A stretch of DNA of 55,933 bases from positions 1 to 55,933 of the IMG/VR virus record IMGVR_UViG_3300032331_000244; one strand, given 5' to 3'. How positions within the stretch are numbered: the stretch's first letter is position 1; each line of letters opens with the position of its first letter. A program made the position numbers and the translations under genes. The stretch comes from a virus. Its lineage: Duplodnaviria; Caudoviricetes. The notes under the pieces were generated by a model that was not told the DNA's origin, searched no databases, and saw only the letters and a list, made by a program, of their open reading frames with translations. Positions 39,850 to 49,829 of this stretch are shown here, in pieces.

Positions 39850-40423
39850 ATTCGCATTCCAAGCTGCGGTACACTTTGAAGGAAACTTCTTAATGACCGT
39901 ATACGAACTTTCATTGGGCATGGAAGTTGATACAGCATCTATCAAAGAACAAAATATAGCAATGGATAGAATAACTTTTTTCTTAAACGAATGTTTGGAA
40001 AATAGTGTATTCGTAGAACATGCTGATAAAAAAGCTATAGAAAAATATCTGCAAGCAGACATTAAAGTATGTACCCTTCCAGAAGAACCATACGATCAAA
40101 TTATAACCATTCTGTTACTACTTAAACTAAATGCTATTACTGAAGGTAAACTTCATATAAACAGTATCTCACTACGTTCTGGGTTAAGTGATGATGTTAA
40201 ATTTATCTATGATATAGATACTGCTAGTAATCATCCGTTTGGTAATAAATCATGGTGGACAGATGGTAGCACTACAATATCTGACTTAACCAAAACTAAC
40301 AAAAAAGACAAGATAGTTAAACTAATAAAGCAACAACATTGCGATTGGGCTAGTGTTGGATTAGATTGGGAGCAAAAAGAACACATTGCTACAGAAATTA
40401 TTTTTCACGATAAACAACCATAA
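39827..40423 (+). CDS. Hypothetical protein, possibly a degenerate QueD/PTPS-like T-fold
   Basis: Start probably TTG 39827 (or GTG 39821) after GAGGG; KIEREFAFQAA...YELSL...LENSVF...PEEP pattern recalls QueD without its catalytic residues. Confidence 0.6.
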   Translation: MATKIEREFAFQAAVHFEGNFLMTVYELSLGMEVDTASIKEQNIAMDRITFFLNECLENSVFVEHADKKAIEKYLQADIKVCTLPEEPYDQIITILLLLKLNAITEGKLHINSISLRSGLSDDVKFIYDIDTASNHPFGNKSWWTDGSTTISDLTKTNKKDKIVKLIKQQHCDWASVGLDWEQKEHIATEIIFHDKQP

Positions 40424-40426
40424 CTG

Positions 40427-40455
40427 TTGATTTACTCAACACTACATGCTACAAT
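40427..40455 (+). promoter_or_regulatory. sigma70-type promoter with extended -10
   Basis: TTGATT, 17 nt spacer, TG-C-TACAAT; ATG 40462 follows after 6 nt. Confidence 0.7.
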
Positions 40456-40461
40456 ACGTAG

Positions 40462-40971
40462 ATGAAAACAGATATGTATGGGCAAATTATTCTCACAGAA
40501 AATGACCTCTGTGATTTATACATGCGTGATCCAATACGAACTATCAAAGGATGTTTCGTAGATAAACAAATAAAGTTAGATGATATTTTTCTATCCAATG
40601 AAAATCTACCTATACTAGTAGAGTATGTTGATAGTAAATTATCATTGGAAGAATTTGACAGTAACAATCAATCACAGTGGCAAATGCCTGTAGAATATCA
40701 AGAAATGGATATTGCTAAATGGGTATTGGACCAATGTAAAAACGAAGAAGAACTGCAACGGGCAGGGGATGAACTATTAAAGTTCCATGACAGGAACATG
40801 TTCCCATTACTACAGTATTTAAAGTATCTTGTTGATACAATGCGTAGAAATAATATTGTATGGGGAGTTGGTCGAGGAAGTAGCGTGGCAAGCTATGTAT
40901 TGTATTTGATAGGAATTCACAGAATAAATAGTTTGTACTATCAATTATCGATAGACGAATTTTTAAAATAA
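40462..40971 (+). CDS. DNA polymerase III alpha (family C) fragment of a split polymerase
   Basis: LQYLKYLVDTMRRNNIVWGVGRGSSVASYVLYLIGIHRINSL...EFLK matches the DnaE GRGS...LVAY.LGIT..DP...FERFL segment; only 169 aa. Confidence 0.85.
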   Translation: MKTDMYGQIILTENDLCDLYMRDPIRTIKGCFVDKQIKLDDIFLSNENLPILVEYVDSKLSLEEFDSNNQSQWQMPVEYQEMDIAKWVLDQCKNEEELQRAGDELLKFHDRNMFPLLQYLKYLVDTMRRNNIVWGVGRGSSVASYVLYLIGIHRINSLYYQLSIDEFLK

Positions 40972-40980
40972 GGAGAAATT

Positions 40981-41352
40981 ATGAGTAATTATAGAACTGC
41001 AATGGGTAAATCTGTTGATATGGGAACATTGATTGCTAGAAATGAAAAGACTAGGGCAGTGGGTAATATGAAAGTTAATGCACGTGGAGACACAATTGAT
41101 GCACACGGAAGAATTATCAAACCCGTAACAGACAAAGTTAGTGATAACTATGCTAAGACTGTAGGTAACCGTTCTGCTAACGTTGTGAAAAAACCTAATA
41201 CATTACAACCAGACGCACCCAAACCAGCAGAGATTGAGTTACCTGACTTAAGTCCAATGGAACGTGAACTTGAAGAATCTTTCGCAGAAGAAGATGTTGA
41301 AATTGAAAAAATAAAAGCAGAAGAAGTGAAGAAAGCAACCAAGAAGAAATAA
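40981..41352 (+). CDS. Hypothetical protein
   Basis: Strong AGGAG RBS; AVGNMKVNARGDTID core, charged tail. Confidence 0.8.
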   Translation: MSNYRTAMGKSVDMGTLIARNEKTRAVGNMKVNARGDTIDAHGRIIKPVTDKVSDNYAKTVGNRSANVVKKPNTLQPDAPKPAEIELPDLSPMERELEESFAEEDVEIEKIKAEEVKKATKKK

Positions 41353-41353
41353 T

Positions 41354-41764
41354 ATGGAAGAAATTACACTAGACTTTGAAAACACTGACGAAAAGAAACT
41401 AGCATTCGACCCGCATAGATTCAAAAAAAGTCAATTCAAACCAATCGGCGCACATATCATTGTTTATGATATGAGTTTTGATGTTCGTATTACAACTAGT
41501 GGTATACTATTACCCAATGATGATATGAAAAGTGCTGGCATCAGACCTCGCTGGGGAAAGATATACAAGATTGGTGCAGAGAATAAAGACCCTGATTTGT
41601 ATGAAGAACTATGGGTCATGGTAAGTCATGGTCGCTGGACACGTGGAATCGATATCGAAGATGAAACGGGTAAGAAAACATTGCGTAGAGTTGATCCTAG
41701 TGATATACTGTTAGCGTCAGACGAACAAGTATATGACGAAACATTTAGCGACAAGGTGTATTAA
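41354..41764 (+). CDS. groES: GroES/Cpn10-like co-chaperonin
   Basis: FKPIGAHIIV...TTSGILLP...WGKIYKIG...DILL, the Cpn10 pattern. Confidence 0.75.
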   Translation: MEEITLDFENTDEKKLAFDPHRFKKSQFKPIGAHIIVYDMSFDVRITTSGILLPNDDMKSAGIRPRWGKIYKIGAENKDPDLYEELWVMVSHGRWTRGIDIEDETGKKTLRRVDPSDILLASDEQVYDETFSDKVY

Positions 41765-42072
41765 TGATAAATTGGTTTAAGCAAAAAGTTATTGGCTGGG
41801 TTAGAGAAGATTGGGATAACGCACGTTCTGACAGGGATGTAAACGTGGCTACAAATAGTATTGGTATTAGTCCTATCAGTAAAGGTCGTAGACTAGATCA
41901 TAATGGTATGAACTTTACTATACATTCAGCTAACGGTGGATATGTAATGGAGTATAATACATATGATCCTAGAACAGATGAACGCAATACTGCACTACAT
42001 CTCATTACTAGTGACCAAGATTTGGGTCAATGTATAGCACACATTATAACTTTTGAAATGCTTAGAAAATGA
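41764..42072 (+). CDS. Hypothetical protein
   Basis: Overlapping stop/start with both neighbours. Confidence 0.75.
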   Translation: MINWFKQKVIGWVREDWDNARSDRDVNVATNSIGISPISKGRRLDHNGMNFTIHSANGGYVMEYNTYDPRTDERNTALHLITSDQDLGQCIAHIITFEMLRK

Positions 42073-42995
42073 AAAATAAATTATGGGTTGAGTTGTACCG
42101 GCCGAAATCTGTATCAGATTATGTATTCGTAGACGAACGACAAAAACAACAAGTAGAAGGTTGGATACAGAATCAATCTATCCCGCATCTATTGTTGAGT
42201 GGTGACCCGGGTACAGGTAAGACTACACTAGCAAAAGTATTGATACATGAACTTGGTGTAGAAGATTATGACGTATTAGAAATCAATGCTAGTCGTGAGA
42301 ACGGTGTAGCAATTGTGCGTGACAAGATTAATGGTTTCGCACAAACTATGCCTTTCGGTAAGTTTAAAGTGATATTGCTTGACGAGGCTGACTATACTAG
42401 TCCAGAGTTTCAAGCAGCATTGCGTAATGACATGGAAGCATATGCTGATACAGTAAGATTCATTCTTACTTGCAACTATGAACACAAAATCATTCCAGCA
42501 TTGCGTGAGAGTCGTTGCCACAAGTTTCATATTGCTAAACCCGATCGTACAGAATATACCGCAAGGGCAGCAACTGTTCTTGTAACTGAGGGCATTGAGT
42601 TTGATTTAGATACATTGGATAGCTATGTTCGTGTAGCATATCCAGACTTACGTAAATGTCTGAATCAATTACAAGTTAACAGTAGCACAGGTAAACTATT
42701 GCCCCCACAAGCAGAAGGTAACAGTGAACATGAACTATTACTAGAAGCAACTACATTGTTCAAAGCTGGTAAGATTCTTGAAGGGCGGCAGCAACTGATG
42801 CAGTATATTGCATTGTATCCAACACGTATTGAAGATACTTATAAATGGATGTACGATAACTTAGACTTGTGGGGAACACAACAAGAAAAGCGTGATGCAA
42901 GTATTATCTTTATTCGTAATGGTCTTGCACAACTGCCGTTAGTAGGAATACCTGAGATTAGTTTAGCAGCGACATTAGTGGAGTTAACATCGTGA
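42069..42995 (+). CDS. Sliding-clamp loader AAA+ subunit (T4 gp44 / RFC-like)
   Basis: LWVELYRPK, GDPGTGKTT, EINAS, LLDEAD, FILTCNY, SRC, DLRKCLNQLQ. Confidence 0.93.
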   Translation: MKNKLWVELYRPKSVSDYVFVDERQKQQVEGWIQNQSIPHLLLSGDPGTGKTTLAKVLIHELGVEDYDVLEINASRENGVAIVRDKINGFAQTMPFGKFKVILLDEADYTSPEFQAALRNDMEAYADTVRFILTCNYEHKIIPALRESRCHKFHIAKPDRTEYTARAATVLVTEGIEFDLDTLDSYVRVAYPDLRKCLNQLQVNSSTGKLLPPQAEGNSEHELLLEATTLFKAGKILEGRQQLMQYIALYPTRIEDTYKWMYDNLDLWGTQQEKRDASIIFIRNGLAQLPLVGIPEISLAATLVELTS

Positions 42996-43261
42996 GATAT
43001 CTATTGATTGTATTTGTTCGCAAACCAAACGGGCAGATTGATGAACAAGTTTCTATTGCCAAAAGAGTAAGAACATCTGACCTTCAGATGTGCAATGTTA
43101 TCATGGATTATGGTAAAAAGAAAGTTGACAAGTGTGTAGTAGAAGGTAAAGTCGTAGATACCGACTGGAATAAATTAAATGATTACTATAAAAGAATCTA
43201 TCCTACACTAATTGACCAACTAGAAAAAAGCAATACTGAAAGTGAAACATTGAAGAAGTAA
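42992..43261 (+). CDS. Hypothetical protein
   Basis: GTGA overlap start with GGAG RBS. Confidence 0.75.
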   Translation: MRYLLIVFVRKPNGQIDEQVSIAKRVRTSDLQMCNVIMDYGKKKVDKCVVEGKVVDTDWNKLNDYYKRIYPTLIDQLEKSNTESETLKK

Positions 43262-43286
43262 AAGAGGGGCAATTGCCCCTCTTTTT
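43260..43286. terminator. Bidirectional intrinsic terminator
   Basis: AAAAGAGGGGC-AATT-GCCCCTCTTTT between convergent genes. Confidence 0.9.
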
Positions 43287-44067
43287 AACTGTACAAGTTT
43301 AGTACATGTTCAATGATGCGGTGCCTTTGAACATCTTTAATGTCAAAAGTACATAATTGCAACCCTGGTATCACCCCCTTCCTCAATCGATTTTGTAAGT
43401 CTAGTAGCCCATTGTCGGCTGATTTTCTATCGGCTTGTTCAATATCACCAGTAATTACAATCTTACTGCCGACGCCGATTCTAGTCATAATCATTTTGAG
43501 TTGACCAGGTGTTGCATTTTGCGCTTCATCTAACACTACCCAACTATGTTTGAAGTTACGACCACGACAGAATGCCAATGGGGCAATCTCTATGATTTGT
43601 TCTTCTAACATGTGGGTTATTTCTGCCTGTGTGTAATACTCACGTAATACATCCATTAATGGTCTTGTCCATGGTTCCATCTTTTGATTGATATCTCCGG
43701 GCAAGAACCCGTGTTTTTCATCGTCTACCCCTACTGCCGGTCTGGATAATATGATTCTATCACATTCACCATCACGCATTGCTTTAATAGCTGCCTGCAT
43801 CGCCAAATAAGTTTTACCTGTTCCCGCAGGACCAGTGACAACAACGATATCCGTGTTCTCATCTAGTAATGCGATAATGTAGTTTTCTTGATTCAGTGAT
43901 TTGGGAACTAACTGTACTGGTCTTTTATTGATGCGTACAGATTTCTGAGCCTGTGAAAAGTCTATTGTTTTTGATTCTTTCATGTAAAAAGTTTGATTTG
44001 TTTTTTTGCTTGTAAAGCGAGGATCTTGCTGGGTAGTGCGTAAAGCACTGGTTTTCCGTTTGCTCAA
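43285..44067 (-). CDS. phoH: PhoH-like ATPase
   Basis: GPAGTGKTYLA, LSRPAV, GFLPGD, PLAFCRGR, LDEAQN, TRIG, TGDIEQAD, DVQRH; TTG start with AGGAG RBS. Confidence 0.95.
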   Translation of the reverse strand: MSKRKTSALRTTQQDPRFTSKKTNQTFYMKESKTIDFSQAQKSVRINKRPVQLVPKSLNQENYIIALLDENTDIVVVTGPAGTGKTYLAMQAAIKAMRDGECDRIILSRPAVGVDDEKHGFLPGDINQKMEPWTRPLMDVLREYYTQAEITHMLEEQIIEIAPLAFCRGRNFKHSWVVLDEAQNATPGQLKMIMTRIGVGSKIVITGDIEQADRKSADNGLLDLQNRLRKGVIPGLQLCTFDIKDVQRHRIIEHVLNLYS

Positions 44068-44237
44068 TGTATTTTCTCCTTCATAAGAGCGTGAGTACTC
44101 ATAATACTCATTATTATTTAAAGCAATTTAGATGATGCAAAGTAACAGACTTTTAACACAATTTTGTAGACTAAATATAAGGCTACGGTCAAGTATTTCT
44201 TATTCGTGCTAATAATCAATAAAAGATAAATATATTA

Positions 44238-44837
44238 ATGAAGCACGAAACAGCCGACAATTTCTTTGACAATGTTGATTTTACCAGCATTATTGATACC
44301 GTAAAGGGTATATTTACCAGTGATGGTTCAATGAATACCCTCCTAGACTTTGAAAGAGTACTAGACGAATCCGATTTATATGCATACAGAAACTGGGAAC
44401 TAGGAGAATTAGTTCAAGGTCCAATAGTAAAACGCTATTCTGTTAACTGCATTTTCATGTGGCCATATGATTTAATGCCAAACCCAAAAGGTGCTAGGCG
44501 ATTGGTAGCGATTGGGTGTAAGGTTAAGTTTGCTAAAAGCGAGATAGAAGTTCCAGTAGAAGTTAAAGATTACGAAGATTATGTACCTGGTAGTAGATAT
44601 CCAAAAATGAAACCAAAGAAAGTTTGGTTTGTCTACATTGAAATCCCTAAAGAATTACTAGATGATATCAAAGAAGGTTCTATTGACTTAGCTGGCCAGA
44701 CAATTGATTTGGAAGAATTAGATAATTCATACGATGAAGATTTGGATAAAGACGATGGGCAAGACACGGAAGAAAACCAAGCAGCTACTGATGCTATGGC
44801 AGAACCTCAAGCCTCAACTGCTGCCCCCGCAATGTAA
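44238..44837 (+). CDS. Hypothetical late protein (acidic tail)
   Basis: GATAAATA (44225-44232) 5 nt before the ATG; LLDFERVLDE...NW.LGELV.GP core. Confidence 0.8.
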   Translation: MKHETADNFFDNVDFTSIIDTVKGIFTSDGSMNTLLDFERVLDESDLYAYRNWELGELVQGPIVKRYSVNCIFMWPYDLMPNPKGARRLVAIGCKVKFAKSEIEVPVEVKDYEDYVPGSRYPKMKPKKVWFVYIEIPKELLDDIKEGSIDLAGQTIDLEELDNSYDEDLDKDDGQDTEENQAATDAMAEPQASTAAPAM

Positions 44838-44845
44838 GGTGTAAC

Positions 44846-45394
44846 ATGACAAAAAGAATCATTAATGAAGGCTTAGATTATTTGGATATGGTAGATCAAA
44901 TAGAACCTACCGTATCTGTAGATGAATATGCTGCTAAAATGGGCAAAGATAGTGATATAGTAACATTGGCATTTATTGTTAAAAGCGAAGCTGCTGGAAA
45001 TGATTTAGTTGATTGGTTTGAGCGTGGATACGATTGGATACTAGATTCTAGCATTAGCGATGGTGAATTAAGCCCTGGAAGATATCTTGTTTTTGTTGAA
45101 ATGAAGCGTAGAACAAAAGTACCAGAACGCATTGTAGAACTGATTGATGACTTAGAAACACTCACTGAGTTAACACCAAATGATTGGACTATTTCTATTA
45201 ATGATGAAGATTATGATGCTGACCCAGAAGTATTAAAGCAAGTGATTACTATTAGTCCACATGAATACCGTGAAGAAAACGAGGACGAAGAAGAATTAAA
45301 CGAAATGCGTAGACGTGCCGGACTAGAAACAGTAAACTTATACGGTAAACCAGATAGCGAGATACAAGCATATATAGCAATGGCAGGATTATAA
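44846..45394 (+). CDS. Hypothetical probable head protein
   Basis: MTKRIINEG leader; SVDEYAAKMG...FERGYDWILD core; two xxAGL motifs at the C-terminus. Confidence 0.8.
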   Translation: MTKRIINEGLDYLDMVDQIEPTVSVDEYAAKMGKDSDIVTLAFIVKSEAAGNDLVDWFERGYDWILDSSISDGELSPGRYLVFVEMKRRTKVPERIVELIDDLETLTELTPNDWTISINDEDYDADPEVLKQVITISPHEYREENEDEEELNEMRRRAGLETVNLYGKPDSEIQAYIAMAGL

Positions 45395-45395
45395 A

Positions 45396-45992
45396 ATGGC
45401 AACGATATTAGCACAGAAAGCAACAGCAGATGTAGCAGTAGCAAAAAGTGATGATCACCATGATTTGCTAGCAGCGGATCCAACGATTCCGCAATTTCCA
45501 CAAGGAAGTAGCTATGGAACAAATACTACAACAGGCTTTGGTAGTAGTTCAGCGTTTGGAACAGGAGCGTCTGGGTTCAACCAAAACAGTTTCAACTCCC
45601 CCGGATTCAACCAACAATCAAGTTCAGGATTTGGAAGTACTCAAAACATCAATCAATCAAGTGGACAACAACCAGTATTAACTGGTGCTGCACCCACTAA
45701 CGCAGCAAGTGGTGCTGATGTATTGGTTGCACATGACAAAGAAAGTGAACACTGGGTAAATTCAAAATGGCGTCCTGCAATGGGATGGTTATACATGTCC
45801 ACATGTTTTGCTGATTTCATTTTATTTCCGGTTCTTTGGAGTCTATTACAAGCATTAAATCATGGGCAAGTTACTAGTCAATGGCAACCGTTAACATTAC
45901 AAGGTGCAGGACTATATCATATCGCAATGGGTGCTGTTTTGGGTATTGCAGCATATGGCCGTACTAAAGAAAAGGTTGCCGGCGCTAACTAA
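45396..45992 (+). CDS. Holin-like membrane protein (GTA 3TM holin type) with low-complexity N-terminus
   Basis: WVNSKWRPAMGWLY...DFILFP...WQPLTLQGAGLYHIAMGAVLGIAAYGRTKEK. Confidence 0.75.
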   Translation: MATILAQKATADVAVAKSDDHHDLLAADPTIPQFPQGSSYGTNTTTGFGSSSAFGTGASGFNQNSFNSPGFNQQSSSGFGSTQNINQSSGQQPVLTGAAPTNAASGADVLVAHDKESEHWVNSKWRPAMGWLYMSTCFADFILFPVLWSLLQALNHGQVTSQWQPLTLQGAGLYHIAMGAVLGIAAYGRTKEKVAGAN

Positions 45993-45996
45993 ACTG

Positions 45997-46025
45997 TTGA
46001 CAATAGCATCATAGTATGCTATACT
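45997..46025 (+). promoter_or_regulatory. sigma70 promoter with extended -10 for dnaJ-clpA
   Basis: TTGACA, 17 nt spacer, TG-C-TATACT; ATG 46032 follows after 6 nt. Confidence 0.85.
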
Positions 46026-46031
46026 TACTGA

Positions 46032-46835
46032 ATGGATCATTATACTACCTTGGGTGTAGCCAAAAACGCAGCACCTGATGAAATCAAAAAAGCATATCGA
46101 AAACTAGCTAGTCAGCATCATCCTGACAAGGGTGGCGACAAGGCTAAATTCCAAGAGATACAAGCGGCCTACGATACATTAAGTAACCCAGACAAACGAC
46201 AACAATACGACAATCCTGCACCGCAAGGATTCCATCAGCAAGGTGGCGTACCGCCTGGATTTGAACATATCTTTAGTCAGATGTTTGGTGGAGGTAACCC
46301 TTTTAATCCGTTCGGTCAGCAAAGACAACAGCCGCAGGCATTCAGAACTACAGTGGGAGTCACACTTGAACAAGCATATCATGGTAGTGAACAAATACTA
46401 AAACTACAAACACCCGCTAATACTCATGCAGTAACTATTAAAATTCCTAAAGGAATAAACAATGGCAATCAAATGCGTATTGATAATGTTTTAGATGGCG
46501 CTAGTTTAATGGTAGACTTTAGAGTTGAACCACATCTCAAATACGATAGACAGGGTAATGATTTATTATGTAATCATCAAATATCAGTACTAGATTTGAT
46601 TGTAGGTACTAGTTTTGAATTCACAACATTGTCTGGAAAGACATTAGAAGTTACAGTCAAACCAAAAACACAGCCATATATGCAATTAAAATTAGCAGGT
46701 CATGGCATGCCCATTTACAACACTAGTCAATACGGAGACCAAATTATATTGTTTAAACCATTCATACCTGATATAATAGACGAACAGATAGTAAATAGTA
46801 TTGCAGCCTATCAACAACAAAGGAATCAAAAATGA
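46032..46835 (+). CDS. dnaJ: DnaJ-class co-chaperone lacking the Zn finger (CbpA-like)
   Basis: J domain DHYTTLGV...[20 protein letters not shown] linker, C-terminal DnaJ domain. Confidence 0.93.
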   Translation: MDHYTTLGVAKNAAPDEIKKAYRKLASQHHPDKGGDKAKFQEIQAAYDTLSNPDKRQQYDNPAPQGFHQQGGVPPGFEHIFSQMFGGGNPFNPFGQQRQQPQAFRTTVGVTLEQAYHGSEQILKLQTPANTHAVTIKIPKGINNGNQMRIDNVLDGASLMVDFRVEPHLKYDRQGNDLLCNHQISVLDLIVGTSFEFTTLSGKTLEVTVKPKTQPYMQLKLAGHGMPIYNTSQYGDQIILFKPFIPDIIDEQIVNSIAAYQQQRNQK

Positions 46836-49093
46836 ACCACTCACCCGAAATAGATAGTATTATTGAAAGTGCTATTGAATACTCAAAAGAAAGAAAACAC
46901 CAATATGTAACTGTGGAACATTTACTACTTGGATTGATAAATCACACTTCATTTAAAAAATGTTTGCAAAGTTTTGGGGCAGACATTGACACTATGAATC
47001 AGGAAATAAGTTGTTATTTGGACAGTTTACATGCTATTGTAAGCAAAGATGATGAAGTAGTCCCGCGTAAAACTAATAGCTTAGAACGTGTAATGAATCG
47101 TTGCGTCACGCAAGTATTGTTTAGCGGGCGCAGACAAGTTACAACTATAGATTTGTACTTGAGTATTGCCGCAGAAGGTAATAGTCATGCACATTATTTC
47201 TTGTTGAAATATGGAATTAACAAAAATGAGTTTGTCTCACATTGGCAAAAACATTATAAGCATAACGAAACTGGTAATCTAACTGATAACCAAGCAGATG
47301 AAATACTAGAAGAATATACAATCAATTTGACACAACTGGCAGCACAAGGTAAACTTGAGCCATTGATTGGTCGTAGTAAAGAACTGGATGATATCATTAA
47401 CGTACTTGCTAAAAGGTTCAAGAGTAATGTATTGATGGTTGGTGATCCCGGTGTTGGTAAAACGGCAATCGCTGAAGGACTAGCACAGATGATGATTAAC
47501 AAAGAAGTGCCAGAATTCTTGCAAGACCATCAATTATATAGTTTAGAGATTGGATCATTGCTTGCAGGGTCTAAATATCGAGGTGACTTTGAAGAAAAAG
47601 TAAAGCAGGTGCTAGACGCATTGAACACAAAGAAAAAGACTATTTTGTTCATTGATGAAGCGCATACTATGCAGGGTGCAGGTGGTGCCAACAATGGAAG
47701 TGTTGACTTCAGTAACATGATTAAGCCAGCAATTACTAAAGGAACACTTAAAGTTATTGCTAGCACAACATGGGAAGAATACTACGATAGCTTTGAGAAG
47801 GATCGTGCATTGATGCGTAGGTTCTATCGTATATCAGTTGATGAACCTAACCACGATACAACAATTCGCATTCTTAATGGATTGAGTCTCAGACTAAACG
47901 ACTTCCACAATGTTGAAATTAGTGATGAGGCTATTAAGGCAGCAGTTGAAAGTGCTGACCGTTATATTCATGACCGCAAAAACCCAGATAAATCTATTGA
48001 TTTACTTGATGCCGCTTGTGCTAAACAGCGTGTAGCAGAGAACAAGGGTGCAATTATTACTAAAGAACTAGTGTTCGACCAAGTTGAACGATTCACTGGT
48101 GTACCTGCTGATAAGATGAAGGGCGATAACTTTGACTTGATCCATAGCTTAGAATCAAACATTAAAGATAAACTGTATGGACAAGATGAAACTGTGCAAC
48201 AGGTACTTGAACGCATCTATGTTAACTTTGCTGGCATTGGTAACGACACTAAACCAACTGGTAGTTTCTTGTTCTTGGGACCAACTGGTACTGGTAAGAC
48301 TGAACTTGCTAAACTATTGAGCAAGAACTTAGATATGCCATTGCTTAAGTATGATATGAGCGAATACTCAGAGAAACATAGCGTTAGTAGTTTGATTGGA
48401 CCTCCCCCAGGTTATGTTGGGTTTGGTGACAGCCAAGTGAGTGGTGGACGATTGATTAACGACTTGAGCAAGAACCCACATTCAATTATGTTGTTTGATG
48501 AGGTTGAGAAAGCACATCCAGATATCTTTAACATCTTCTTACAGATGTTGGACGAAGGTCATATCACTGGCAGCAACGGGAAGCAAGTTAATTGCAAGAA
48601 CAGCATCATTATCATGACCAGTAATTTGGGTAGTAGTGATAGTGAACGCAACAACATTGGATTTGGTAGTCAAGAGAAGACCGGTGAAGATGATAAAGCA
48701 TTGAAAGAATTCTTCAAGCCCGAATTTAGAAATCGTGTTGACTTGATTTGCAAGTTTAACAAGTTAGATACACTTGCTATTAAGAAGATTGTTATCAAAT
48801 TTACCGATGACTTGAAAAAGAGTTTGGTTGACAAACATGATATCACATTGAACTTGACCGAGCCAGTAGTTGAATACTTGGCAGAGCAAGGGTATGATAA
48901 GAAGATGGGCGCACGACCACTAGCACGTAAGATTGATGAGTTGATTCGGGTACCTCTAAGTAAAAAAGTCTTGTTTGAACGCATTAAATCTGCTACAATC
49001 AATGTAGTGATGAACGAAGGTGCAATTGATTTTGCAGTAACACATAAACTAACAGCTAAGGTGAACGAAGATGGGATTATTGAGGTCAGTTAA
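46832..49093 (+). CDS. clpA: ClpA-like AAA+ unfoldase
   Basis: Clp N domain, two Walker A motifs ([16 protein letters not shown]), IGF loop (NNIGFGS), GARPL; no ClpB middle domain. Confidence 0.92.
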   Translation: MNHSPEIDSIIESAIEYSKERKHQYVTVEHLLLGLINHTSFKKCLQSFGADIDTMNQEISCYLDSLHAIVSKDDEVVPRKTNSLERVMNRCVTQVLFSGRRQVTTIDLYLSIAAEGNSHAHYFLLKYGINKNEFVSHWQKHYKHNETGNLTDNQADEILEEYTINLTQLAAQGKLEPLIGRSKELDDIINVLAKRFKSNVLMVGDPGVGKTAIAEGLAQMMINKEVPEFLQDHQLYSLEIGSLLAGSKYRGDFEEKVKQVLDALNTKKKTILFIDEAHTMQGAGGANNGSVDFSNMIKPAITKGTLKVIASTTWEEYYDSFEKDRALMRRFYRISVDEPNHDTTIRILNGLSLRLNDFHNVEISDEAIKAAVESADRYIHDRKNPDKSIDLLDAACAKQRVAENKGAIITKELVFDQVERFTGVPADKMKGDNFDLIHSLESNIKDKLYGQDETVQQVLERIYVNFAGIGNDTKPTGSFLFLGPTGTGKTELAKLLSKNLDMPLLKYDMSEYSEKHSVSSLIGPPPGYVGFGDSQVSGGRLINDLSKNPHSIMLFDEVEKAHPDIFNIFLQMLDEGHITGSNGKQVNCKNSIIIMTSNLGSSDSERNNIGFGSQEKTGEDDKALKEFFKPEFRNRVDLICKFNKLDTLAIKKIVIKFTDDLKKSLVDKHDITLNLTEPVVEYLAEQGYDKKMGARPLARKIDELIRVPLSKKVLFERIKSATINVVMNEGAIDFAVTHKLTAKVNEDGIIEVS

Positions 49094-49793
49094 AGACGTT
49101 CCTAATATTGATTACTATGAATATAAGGAAAATAACTATTACGGCAAACATAGATACCGTGCAAAATTTAGTATCGACGGATTATCATTTACTAATTATG
49201 CTAAAACTCCAGATGATTTAATCAACCGATTAAATGAAGGTGGGTATCGTAAAATACGGCCAGATAGGAAAGCCTTAGTAATGGAAAAGATTACTGAACT
49301 TAGTAACTTCATTGATTGGCGTAACAGTAACAAAAAGTCCGTAACTTTCAGACTTGAGATGGATACCATGTCAGTGTATAGCAACAATTTAGAGTTGTTG
49401 CTTACATTGAAGGAACTTGGACTAGTTACCGTAAAAATCACAGAAGTGCAATTGGAGCAATTTGCTGGTACAAAGTACTATGTCAACGAACCAAAGCACA
49501 AGTATAGAATTTATTTAAAATCTAAGTATATTGAAGAAAGAAATTTTATTAAAGATTTGCATGATACCATCAAGAAAAGTAAAGAATTGGTTCCAAGTAA
49601 TGCATTAAAAATATGGTTAAATGAGTATATCAGACGCCCAATTGCTTCACTTAATAGTTGGAGTTATCGCTATACTAGCGGAACTCATTCTATTGACTAT
49701 GATAATGAAAGCACATTAAGCTATTTGATGCTAATGTATGGCCATATGCTTGGAAAACGCTATAAATTAGAAAAGCGACCCGTACCTGTCTGA
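49071..49793 (+). CDS. Hypothetical protein
   Basis: 240-aa ORF overlapping the end of clpA; internal YY...K(H)RYR/KYR duplication. Confidence 0.7.
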   Translation: MGLLRSVKDVPNIDYYEYKENNYYGKHRYRAKFSIDGLSFTNYAKTPDDLINRLNEGGYRKIRPDRKALVMEKITELSNFIDWRNSNKKSVTFRLEMDTMSVYSNNLELLLTLKELGLVTVKITEVQLEQFAGTKYYVNEPKHKYRIYLKSKYIEERNFIKDLHDTIKKSKELVPSNALKIWLNEYIRRPIASLNSWSYRYTSGTHSIDYDNESTLSYLMLMYGHMLGKRYKLEKRPVPV

Positions 49794-49796
49794 AAT

Positions 49797-49827
49797 GATA
49801 AATACTCTATTAATAATGGAGTATTTA
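49797..49827 (+). promoter_or_regulatory. Late promoter GATAAATA forming the 5' arm of an RBS-sequestering hairpin
   Basis: TAAATACTC (49799-49807) is the exact reverse complement of GAGTATTTA (49819-49827), covering the GGAG RBS. Confidence 0.8.
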
Positions 49828-49829
49828 CC

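Noticed and set aside
40462-41352. DnaE fragment as a frameshifted or read-through pseudogene
   Set aside because: Downstream sequence shows no PDID-like continuation and the next gene has its own AGGAG RBS; the fragment has a dedicated promoter
44068-44237. Longest intergenic gap, with palindrome TGAGTACTCA, as ncRNA or tRNA
   Set aside because: No cloverleaf or extended structure seen; explained by divergent promoters (TAAATA motifs on both strands)
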